Of a DNA stretch of 64,000 bases, positions 29,265-37,083 are shown in pieces; the stretch's first letter is position 1, and each line of letters opens with the position of its first letter. Origin of the DNA: Bythopirellula sp. (GTDB lineage: Bacteria; Planctomycetota; Planctomycetia; Pirellulales; Lacipirellulaceae); the NCBI GenBank assembly GCA_965216565.1, contig OZ244170.1, positions 4,800,001 to 4,864,000 on the forward strand. The letters run 5' to 3'. The position numbers and the translations under genes are program-made. The notes under the pieces are model-generated. The model saw only the letters and a program-made list of their open reading frames with translations, was not told the DNA's origin and did no database searches.

Positions 29265-30056
29265 TCAATTCCGCAGATAGATGCCGTCGGCGTCGATCAC
29301 CATCATACCACCCTCAATGATGCGAGCGGTACCCTTGACGACGACCGTGTCTTGCGGTTCTACGTCCACGAGTTGTTTGACTTCCAGCGGAAGTACCTTG
29401 CCGCCGTCGCCCAGGAAGCGGACCATCGCCAGCATCTCTGAGGTCTCGGCAGCATGAGCAGCACAAAAGGCACACTCTTCGCCGGGAGCATGAACGTGGC
29501 CACTGGCCTCGCGCATTGCCACGGCACCGGGGTCCGCTAGGAAAAACATTGCCTCGTTTTTCGCAAATGGATAGTCGGGCTGGGTACTCTCCCAGGGATT
29601 TGTCAGGCCACCGATTTGCCCAACAACGATCACTTCCATTGCTCCGATCGCCTCGGCACCGTGACCGTGTTCTGCATGGTCGCCGTGGTCGTGCCCGGAG
29701 TGATCGTCGTGGTCGTGGCCAGCGTGGTCCTCACCGTTCCCATTGTGGCCGTCGCCGTCGTGCCCCTCGCCTTCCTGGTGTTCACCATGGTGTTCGCCAT
29801 GGTCCGTTGCTTCGCCCTCAGCGTCTTCATCGCCGTGGTCGTGGACGTGCACAGCCTCTTCGGTGCCCAGCAGAGCGTGACGGACGTCGACGACCGTCTG
29901 CAGGCCATCCTCGGGCTCCTCCAGCATGACGAAGCGGGTTTTGTGCTTCTTAATCGTCTCGGGAGAGACGCTAGCCCCCGGTTTAGTGCAACCTGTGGCG
30001 AGTAACATCACGCAGGCCGCCGAAATTGCTGTAATTAGTGCTGTGAAACGTAACAC
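29265..30056 (-). CDS. His-rich putative lipoprotein, likely metal-binding
   Basis: AAGGAGG RBS before GTG 30056; LATGC lipobox; long His/Gly/Asp tract; HVH...CAFC motif. Confidence 0.75.
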   Translation of the reverse strand: MLRFTALITAISAACVMLLATGCTKPGASVSPETIKKHKTRFVMLEEPEDGLQTVVDVRHALLGTEEAVHVHDHGDEDAEGEATDHGEHHGEHQEGEGHDGDGHNGNGEDHAGHDHDDHSGHDHGDHAEHGHGAEAIGAMEVIVVGQIGGLTNPWESTQPDYPFAKNEAMFFLADPGAVAMREASGHVHAPGEECAFCAAHAAETSEMLAMVRFLGDGGKVLPLEVKQLVDVEPQDTVVVKGTARIIEGGMMVIDADGIYLRN

Positions 30057-30393
30057 GAACCCCTCCTTAGAGGTAAAAAACCTGTAGAACACTGGGACAG
30101 TGGACTTCTTATCGCTTAAGCAGAGCTATTTTCCCGAGCTTGGTCAACATCGACCCGTTTCGGCTACGTAGTATCGGGCACTTCGGTTCGCATCTCCTCG
30201 CAAAAATCAGGACATCGGACGAAATCCATCAATTTTGGTTTTTTCTCTTCAGATCCCCAAGAAGTTCTAGGCGACCGCGAAGAACTCCTTGTAGGGATCA
30301 ATTCATCGGCATCCCAGTTTGCAAGAAAGCATTGAAATTTTCTTCCCGGCTCCTGCCCGGGGCCCAAGTTTACTGCCTGAGGAGGGCAAAACC

Positions 30394-31209
30394 ATGATTA
30401 AGAAACTAGTTGTTAGCGTCGCCGCCGTAACGATTCTGTCCATGTTGGTCTTCGGATCTAGTGCGACCAGTTACATGAGCACTTCTGCAGAGCGTGTCTC
30501 GCAGGCAGTCGAAGATAGTGTCCCCATCGAATTCCAGATCGATCGGGCTCGGAAAATGGTGCGTGATCTGGAACCAGAGATTCGTCGCTCAATGCACGTG
30601 ATCGCTAAAGAAGAAGTTGAAGTAGCGAATCTTGACGAGCGGATTAAGAAGTCTGAGACGAAAAAGAGCAAAGAGAAGTCGGACATTATCCGTTTGCAAT
30701 CCGACCTGCAAACTGGCAAGAGTGTCTTCCGCTATGCGGGCCACCAGTATACAGCAGGCGAAGTGAAGCAAGATTTGTCGCGACGCTTTGCTCGTTTCAA
30801 GACGTCCGATGCCACTCTGGGTAGCTTGAGCGACATGCGTGATGCGCGTCAACGCAATCTTGATGCGGCCCGCCAGAAGCTGGCGACCATGATGAGCTCG
30901 CAACGACAGCTGCTGGTCGAAGTAGAAAACCTGCAGGCCAAGTTAAAGCTTGTTGAAGTGGCTCAGGCTTCCAGTGATCTGCAACTTGACGATAGCCAGT
31001 TGGCACGAGCCAAGGGTCTGATCGTCGATATTCGTGCCCGTTTGGATGTGGCCGCGAAGTTGGCGGATGCGGACACCAACTTCCAGGATGAAATCCAGCT
31101 GGAAGGCCCTTCTGCTGAGGACATCACGGAGCAGGTAGCCGATTACTTTCAACTCGACGTTGATAGCGACTCGAAGATTGCCGTAGCTAGCTACGTCGAC
31201 GAGAAGTAG
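30394..31209 (+). CDS. Signal-peptide/anchor-bearing coiled-coil protein, PspA/IM30-like architecture
   Basis: GAGGAGG RBS; MIKK followed by a hydrophobic helix; all-helical heptad pattern. The ORF is solid, the PspA relationship is inference. Confidence 0.7.
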   Translation: MIKKLVVSVAAVTILSMLVFGSSATSYMSTSAERVSQAVEDSVPIEFQIDRARKMVRDLEPEIRRSMHVIAKEEVEVANLDERIKKSETKKSKEKSDIIRLQSDLQTGKSVFRYAGHQYTAGEVKQDLSRRFARFKTSDATLGSLSDMRDARQRNLDAARQKLATMMSSQRQLLVEVENLQAKLKLVEVAQASSDLQLDDSQLARAKGLIVDIRARLDVAAKLADADTNFQDEIQLEGPSAEDITEQVADYFQLDVDSDSKIAVASYVDEK

Positions 31210-31221
31210 TGAGACGAATGC

Positions 31222-31260
31222 CCCCCTCATCTGTCCCCTCCCCCGAAGACGGGGGAGGGG
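31222..31260. repeat. GC-rich palindromic element (CCCTCnCCC/GGGnGAGGG family)
   Basis: CCCCTCCCCCG-AAGA-CGGGGGAGGGG 11-bp stem preceded by CCCCTCA; resembles 45636-45659. Confidence 0.6.
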
Positions 31261-31358
31261 GATATTGGGGCTACCGTTTTCTTCAATAACGTTCCCTTCT
31301 CGGGCCCTTCTCGGGAAAATTAGAACTCTGGCCACCCTTTGTCTTTCGCAGGTGCACT

Positions 31359-32777
31359 ATGTTCCCATCTTGGAGAATGAAAATCTGGGACGCACGTCGA
31401 GCCTTGAAAGCTGGACGTTGGGACGAAGCAACTGCCCTATTGCAACAAGAATCTGTGCGTGATTTTCTTCCCGCCAAGCGACTCTCTCAAGAGGTAGCTA
31501 CACTTCTTGCGGAGCGTGCCCAGCAGCGGATCGAGGCCAACGAAAGTTCAGCCGGTTGGCAGGACATGCGTCTCGCTGCTCAACTAGGGGGAAGTGAACA
31601 GCAGCTAGGCGAGATTCGCCAGGCCTATGCCGAACGTTGCCTCCAGCGTGTGAGACACTACCTTGCCTGTGGAGAAACAACGATGGCCAGCGAGCAAATC
31701 AACAAGCTCCAACGACGTCACCTGGGCGGTCAAGAACGACGAGCCTGGAAGCTGATCATCGGGCTAATTTCTCGATCCAAGCAACTCGCCCGCCATGGCA
31801 AAGTGCGTGCTGCCGACGAAAACCTGCAGCGAGCCAAGCTACTATTGCCCGACCCAGAAGATTCCCTCGCCGACGAAATCTCGCAACGTCAGGAACGATT
31901 GCGAGCCGATGGCGATCGAATCTCCCAAATCAACACCGCCCTGCACGAGGCCCTCGGAGAAGAGAACTGGACTACGGTTCTCACCCTAGCCGAGTCGCTG
32001 ATAGAATTAGCACCCGAACACGAGGCCGCACGGCAGGCACGTCGCCTGGCTTGGCAGTCTGTGGGGATGGACGCCACGCGTGTGAACCATAAAGCTCCAA
32101 ATGCAAGGGTGCGACCAGCGAAGTTGCGTCACTTCAAGTCAACTCGCAACGGTGCCGCGGCCAAAGAAGATACCATGACAGCGAACAACGAACCTGGCAA
32201 ACGGTTAGTCTCGTGGATTGACGGTGTCGGCGGATACCTGATTTGCCTGGGCGACGATGTGATGATTGGCCAACCGGCCTCACCCGCCCAAGTCGATATC
32301 CCAATTTTTGCCGATCTTTCGCGACGACACGCTTCGCTGAAACGCGACGGCGAATCTTATGTGCTTACGCCCGTGCATAACGTGAGCGTCAATGGCCAAA
32401 AGCTGGCGGGTCCCATGGTGTTGGGTAACGAAGCGCTAATCGAACTTGGCGAATCCGTGAAGATAAGATTCCGCAAGCCCCACGCGCTCAGTGCCACGGC
32501 CATCCTCACGCTCGAATCGCCCCACAAACTGGAACCCGCGGTCGACGGCATCATTTTGATGGCCGATAGCTGCATTCTCGGCTCTCAATCGCATAGCCAT
32601 ATTCGGTGCCGCGATTGGGAGAAGGATTTAGTGCTCTTCCGCCGGGGCCAAGAAATTTTTGCTCGCAGTGCCGATCCGCTGGAAATCGACGGCGAACCGG
32701 CCGACATAGGGGCCCCACTCCCCGCGAATTGCCGTTTGGAGGCAGAAAACCTGGCTCTCAGCTTCGAAGACATATGA
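31359..32777 (+). CDS. Helical-repeat (TPR-like) protein with C-terminal FHA-like domain(s)
   Basis: N-terminal helical repeats; VMIGQ...DLSRRHASL...VSVNG...IELG FHA-type pattern. Confidence 0.75.
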   Translation: MFPSWRMKIWDARRALKAGRWDEATALLQQESVRDFLPAKRLSQEVATLLAERAQQRIEANESSAGWQDMRLAAQLGGSEQQLGEIRQAYAERCLQRVRHYLACGETTMASEQINKLQRRHLGGQERRAWKLIIGLISRSKQLARHGKVRAADENLQRAKLLLPDPEDSLADEISQRQERLRADGDRISQINTALHEALGEENWTTVLTLAESLIELAPEHEAARQARRLAWQSVGMDATRVNHKAPNARVRPAKLRHFKSTRNGAAAKEDTMTANNEPGKRLVSWIDGVGGYLICLGDDVMIGQPASPAQVDIPIFADLSRRHASLKRDGESYVLTPVHNVSVNGQKLAGPMVLGNEALIELGESVKIRFRKPHALSATAILTLESPHKLEPAVDGIILMADSCILGSQSHSHIRCRDWEKDLVLFRRGQEIFARSADPLEIDGEPADIGAPLPANCRLEAENLALSFEDI

Positions 32778-32836
32778 ATTGGCCTTTGAAATCAAGGTTT
32801 TAGACAAGATACAATTAACATTGGCGAATACCAATC

Positions 32837-34828
32837 GTGCTTACCCAACCCGTCACAGAACCGATGAACGTTAAGCCTCTGGAATCTGAGCCCGACGAAC
32901 AGCCCAAAGCGGCTGCTCGCTATACCTATGCCAGCGGTTCAAGTCCGTTGGAAGGGTATACCATCAAGCGTGGTGTAGGGCGCGGTGGTTTTGGAGAAGT
33001 CTATTTCGCGCTTTCCGATGCCGGCAAAGAAGTGGCGTTGAAACTTATCCGCCGCAACCTGGACATCGAGCTTCGCGGCGTCACGCACTGTTTGAATCTC
33101 AAACATCCAAACCTGATTGCCCTCTATGATATCCGCAGCGACGACTTAGACGATCGCTGGGTTGTGATGGAATATGTCGCAGGCGAATCGTTGGAAGAGG
33201 CCATTGAGAGGCACCCCCATGGCATGCCTTTAGATTTGGCAATGCACTGGTTCACTGGCATGGCCGCCGGTGTTGCGCACCTCCACGACCATGGCATTGT
33301 GCATCGCGACCTGAAGCCGGCCAACATCTTTATGGATCAAGGCACCGTCAAGATCGGTGACTATGGTCTCTCGAAGTTTATCTCTTGCAGCCGTCGTAGT
33401 GGCCAAACCGAGAGTGTCGGCACGGTGCACTACATGGCCCCCGAGATCGCTAACGGTCGCTACGGCAAAGAAATCGATACCTACGCCCTGGGCATCATCC
33501 TTTACGAAATGCTTACCGGCCACGTTCCCTTCGAAGGCGAGAGCGTCGGCGAAGTATTGATGAAACATCTGACTGCCGAACCCGATTTGGAATCGCTCGA
33601 CGAGCCGTTCCGAACATTGGTGCAAAGCGCCATGGCGAAAGATCCCGACGCCCGCTTCAGCAGTATCGCTGCGATGACCAAACAATTGCCGGTTGGCAAC
33701 TTTGCTGAGGGTTACGTTCCCGTGACCGTGGTAGAAACCAGCCAGGCGGCAAACGGAGCCAGTGAAGAAGAACCCATTCTGGCCGGAATTAAGAAAGGAC
33801 TTCACGAAGCGGAATCGAGTATTCGCAACAGCGACATGCATCCGCTGCTGAAGAGTGTTATCGGCGTGGTCGTTGTGATTGGTTTAGTTGCAACGAGTGC
33901 GGAGTGGCTCGGCCTGTTCATGATCCTGGGGTTCTGCTACTTGATTTATCGAGCGGTACGACTCCTGGTGGACAACCCTCACCATTCCTCTTCGTCGATC
34001 TCTCCGTCGATGTCCCCCGATCATCCGATCCAGGGGATGCCGGTCGCGAACCGGAGCCCGGGGGCAGCAGGAAGGCCAACCGAAAAGCAGAACAGAGCTT
34101 CAAAAAAAAAGCGCCGTAAGAGCTGGCAGCAACACTTGCAAAACCACCTCGCCCAGCGAACCACGCGGGAGCGAGTGACGGACTTGGTAGGCAGCATGCT
34201 CCTCTCAGCCGTGGTGGCTGTGGTGGCCGCGATGCTAATCAGTTCGCTCTTATTAGGATCCCTAGGCCAAGGCATAGAGCAATGGCTGACGCTGACGATC
34301 ATGCTCTCCAGTTGGGCTGTGATGATCCCCGGCAAGTTGACCGAGGGACGAGTCGAAGACCAGGCACCCCTACGTTTCACCATGCTGGTACTCGGCGCGT
34401 TAGTGGGTGTTGTGTCGTGGAGCATTGCCGATCAAATGATGCTGATGCTCCCTGCCTCGCAACAACTTGGAATCGCCCCGGAGGGAACTCTAACGGCAAA
34501 CATCTTAGAAAACCCTATTGGCCCGACGTTGGCTGAGGGCTACCAGGCTGGACTTGTAACAGTACCGATGCAAGTTTTTGTCGGCTACTTTGCGATCCTG
34601 TTTGTCACGCTCGCTTGGTGGCGTCAGAGTGACTATTCTCGCAGCAGTCGTGTAGGTCTTTGGAGAATCGTCTGGTGCGGACTGGTAGCGTGGATGTTGC
34701 ATTTTGTGTGGTGGTTCCCCCAGCCAGTCGGCATGCTTACCGCTGCCGCCACGGCGCTGGCCGTACAACTATCTAGTCCGTGGATGCCTCCCAGTCGGAG
34801 ACGCGCACTCTCTGAGATGGAGGTTTAA
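32837..34828 (+). CDS. Hanks-type Ser/Thr protein kinase with polytopic membrane C-terminus
   Basis: [24 protein letters not shown] and GTVHYMAPE motifs; multiple TM helices after residue ~340. Confidence 0.95.
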   Translation: MLTQPVTEPMNVKPLESEPDEQPKAAARYTYASGSSPLEGYTIKRGVGRGGFGEVYFALSDAGKEVALKLIRRNLDIELRGVTHCLNLKHPNLIALYDIRSDDLDDRWVVMEYVAGESLEEAIERHPHGMPLDLAMHWFTGMAAGVAHLHDHGIVHRDLKPANIFMDQGTVKIGDYGLSKFISCSRRSGQTESVGTVHYMAPEIANGRYGKEIDTYALGIILYEMLTGHVPFEGESVGEVLMKHLTAEPDLESLDEPFRTLVQSAMAKDPDARFSSIAAMTKQLPVGNFAEGYVPVTVVETSQAANGASEEEPILAGIKKGLHEAESSIRNSDMHPLLKSVIGVVVVIGLVATSAEWLGLFMILGFCYLIYRAVRLLVDNPHHSSSSISPSMSPDHPIQGMPVANRSPGAAGRPTEKQNRASKKKRRKSWQQHLQNHLAQRTTRERVTDLVGSMLLSAVVAVVAAMLISSLLLGSLGQGIEQWLTLTIMLSSWAVMIPGKLTEGRVEDQAPLRFTMLVLGALVGVVSWSIADQMMLMLPASQQLGIAPEGTLTANILENPIGPTLAEGYQAGLVTVPMQVFVGYFAILFVTLAWWRQSDYSRSSRVGLWRIVWCGLVAWMLHFVWWFPQPVGMLTAAATALAVQLSSPWMPPSRRRALSEMEV

Positions 34829-34830
34829 TT

Positions 34831-35808
34831 ATGTCCGTGGCAATCTGTGTCCTGATCTTGATTCCCCTACTGCTATTGCTTCTTGCGGTCATGATCTTTC
34901 GCGCATGCAGAGGGCAATGGTGGCCGCTAGGGGTGCTCATCGGCCTGCCGCTATTCTTGTGGTTTTTGACTGCCAAGTATGAACACCAACAAGCAGATCA
35001 GATTGGGGCGGAAGCAAGGGCAGAAGCAGTCAAAGTACAAGCAATTGCTAACGAGCGGGTAAAAGCAAAGCTAACCAACGCCGAAAGCCCATCTTCAGCC
35101 ACTACTCCAGCGCTTACGATCAGTCGCCCTGAGCGTCCCACCGCGGAGCTCTGGGAGGAACTGACCAAGAGCCGCATCGATCTCGATGGCGAAGCAGAAA
35201 AATCCCCGGTGGTTCGTCAAGCGGCGAAAGCTGCTGAGCAGGCCGAAGAGGATTCCGAAGAATTGATCGCTCTCGATCCGCCCGATTGGGTGACGAATAA
35301 GCCCAAGCCGGTTGGCAATGTCTATCGAGTTGTTGTCCAATCCGATCCGTTCTACAGCGAGGATGAGTGCTTTGATCAGCTCGAAGAGAAATTCGAGGAA
35401 GAAGTTCGCGAGCGGCTGACGAAGATCCTACCTGCCACCCAGAAAGCGGATATCCGTGGGGCATCACTGGCGGAGCTTGGCATTCCGCTTAGTTTCGTGA
35501 TGAAGGAGATTTGTCGCGAGAGCCATACCACCCTGGTCGATTCTTCGGTTGGAACCATGAAGACAGTGCATGTTTTGATGGAGTTTGACGGCAGTGTCGA
35601 ACAAGAGCTGCGCAGCGACTGGATTGCCTACCAACGTCGGCAGGGACGAGGCATGGTTTCGAGGATCGCTGCGATGGTGCTGAGTGGGCTCGCCATTTGC
35701 TATTCTCTGCTGCAGGTGGATACGTGGACCCGCGGCTACTATACGAAGCGGTTGCTAGTTGGCCTGCCAGTGGCGATAATCGCTGTTGCTCTGTTGGTTT
35801 TTGCTTGA
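34831..35808 (+). CDS. Hypothetical membrane protein (TM pairs at both ends, soluble central domain)
   Basis: Starts 2 bp after the kinase stop; hydrophobic N- and C-termini. Confidence 0.8.
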   Translation: MSVAICVLILIPLLLLLLAVMIFRACRGQWWPLGVLIGLPLFLWFLTAKYEHQQADQIGAEARAEAVKVQAIANERVKAKLTNAESPSSATTPALTISRPERPTAELWEELTKSRIDLDGEAEKSPVVRQAAKAAEQAEEDSEELIALDPPDWVTNKPKPVGNVYRVVVQSDPFYSEDECFDQLEEKFEEEVRERLTKILPATQKADIRGASLAELGIPLSFVMKEICRESHTTLVDSSVGTMKTVHVLMEFDGSVEQELRSDWIAYQRRQGRGMVSRIAAMVLSGLAICYSLLQVDTWTRGYYTKRLLVGLPVAIIAVALLVFA

Positions 35809-35855
35809 GCGTGCAGAATACCAGCGAGACGTGCCTTAAGCCGCAATTAAAGAAT

Positions 35856-35944
35856 GGTCCTCTCCCCCCTGGGTAGAGGCTAGGTGAGGGCGAGCTGCCC
35901 ACAAGCTCAATCCCCCCTACCCCTTCCTGAATGGGAGCAGGACC
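35856..35944. repeat. Degenerate copy of the CCCTCTCCC/GGGAGAGGG palindromic element
   Basis: GGTCCTCTCCCC...GGGTAGAGGCTAGGTGAGGG...GGGAGCAGGACC; similar to 45825-45848. Confidence 0.5.
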
Positions 35945-35956
35945 AATAACTGGCTG

Positions 35957-36631
35957 GTGCACATTGATTCCACAATCGTCCGTTGCCGGGGAAACCAAGA
36001 TTTGTCCAATCCCGATGTACTTCTGGTGCAGGAAATCCGTCAGGGGAAGCCTGATGCATGGGATAAACTCATCGCGCAATACGAGGGGCGTTTGCTCTCG
36101 TTCGTCGAGAGTCGCCTGCATCGTCGGGCGGCCAGCGAAGATGTGGTGCAGGAAACCTTTATCGGATTCCTCCGCAGCTTGCCCAATTACGACACTTCCA
36201 GGCCATTGGAAAGTTGGCTCTTCTCCATTGCCGCCCACAAGCTGACCGATTACTTGCGTCGAGAGGGCCGCCGTCCTGCCGTACCGCTCTCCACCGGAGA
36301 CGATTCCAGTGGCAATTGGGAACCTGTGGGCAAGGCCCGTGTGGCAAGTAGTATTGCCCGCAGTGGCGAACGTCGCGGCATGGAAGAAGATGCCATTGCC
36401 GATGCCATGCGAGAACAACTCGAGCGGTGGCAAGATCAACAAGATTGGAAGAAAATCCAATGCATGGAGCTCCTGTTTGTTGTCGGTTTAGGTAACAAGC
36501 AGGTTGCCGAGTCGATTGATCTCTCGGAACAGCAGGTGGCGAATTTTAAGTACGACTTTCTCGAACGACTGCGCAAAGTAGTTCGTGGATCGAGACTCAA
36601 CGAGGACGTGTTTCCAGAATTACATGAGTAA
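35957..36631 (+). CDS. ECF RNA polymerase sigma factor
   Basis: Sigma2 region ASEDVVQETF...WLFSIAAHKLTDYLRR and sigma4 HTH GLGNKQVAESIDLS; true start may be TTG 36002. Confidence 0.92.
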   Translation: MHIDSTIVRCRGNQDLSNPDVLLVQEIRQGKPDAWDKLIAQYEGRLLSFVESRLHRRAASEDVVQETFIGFLRSLPNYDTSRPLESWLFSIAAHKLTDYLRREGRRPAVPLSTGDDSSGNWEPVGKARVASSIARSGERRGMEEDAIADAMREQLERWQDQQDWKKIQCMELLFVVGLGNKQVAESIDLSEQQVANFKYDFLERLRKVVRGSRLNEDVFPELHE

Positions 36632-37037
36632 TCAATTCACCAAAGCTCAGCTTGAAGCCTTTCTCGACGAGTCGTTGCCGCCCGAGCAAATGACTGCCGT
36701 CGAAAGTCTGCTGCGCGAGGACGATGGTTTGAGCGAGCAATTGGCGCAGCTCGTGGGTGAGCGCGACGCGGGTGTGCATTCGCTCGGTGCCATTTGGCGA
36801 CGCCATCGACTTAGTTGTCCAGATCGTGCGCTCTTGGGTAGCTACTTGCTGGAAGTGCTCGATCCAGAACACAGCAGCTATGTGAACTTTCATGTAGAAG
36901 CTGTTGGCTGTCGGCTATGCAACGCCAGCCTGGCAGACCTGCGCAAACAGCACGAAGAGACCGAGTTGGAGGATAGCTGGCAACGTCGGCAGAAGTATTT
37001 CCAATCGAGTGCCGGCTATTTGGCACCGGAAGATTGA
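36624..37037 (+). CDS. Soluble zinc-finger anti-sigma-like (ZAS) protein
   Basis: ATG overlaps the end of the sigma gene; LEAFLDESL anti-sigma-domain helix; C-x24-H-x5-C-x2-C. Confidence 0.7.
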   Translation: MSNQFTKAQLEAFLDESLPPEQMTAVESLLREDDGLSEQLAQLVGERDAGVHSLGAIWRRHRLSCPDRALLGSYLLEVLDPEHSSYVNFHVEAVGCRLCNASLADLRKQHEETELEDSWQRRQKYFQSSAGYLAPED

Positions 37038-37083
37038 GCCCCAAAAAGTTAAGCAGCTGGCGTGTTGCTTCGGCTGCCTGCGT

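Noticed and set aside
29655..29860. Repetitive GTGGTC/CCGTG-rich DNA
   Set aside because: Reflects His/Asp/Gly codons of the lipoprotein; not a CRISPR array or independent repeat
34102..34110. A9 homopolymer in the kinase gene as a phase-variation site
   Set aside because: In frame and explained by a Lys run in a basic linker; no evidence of slippage from one sequence
35489..36460. 323-aa minus-strand ORF
   Set aside because: Antisense to the membrane-protein and sigma genes and runs through a repeat; no protein-like features
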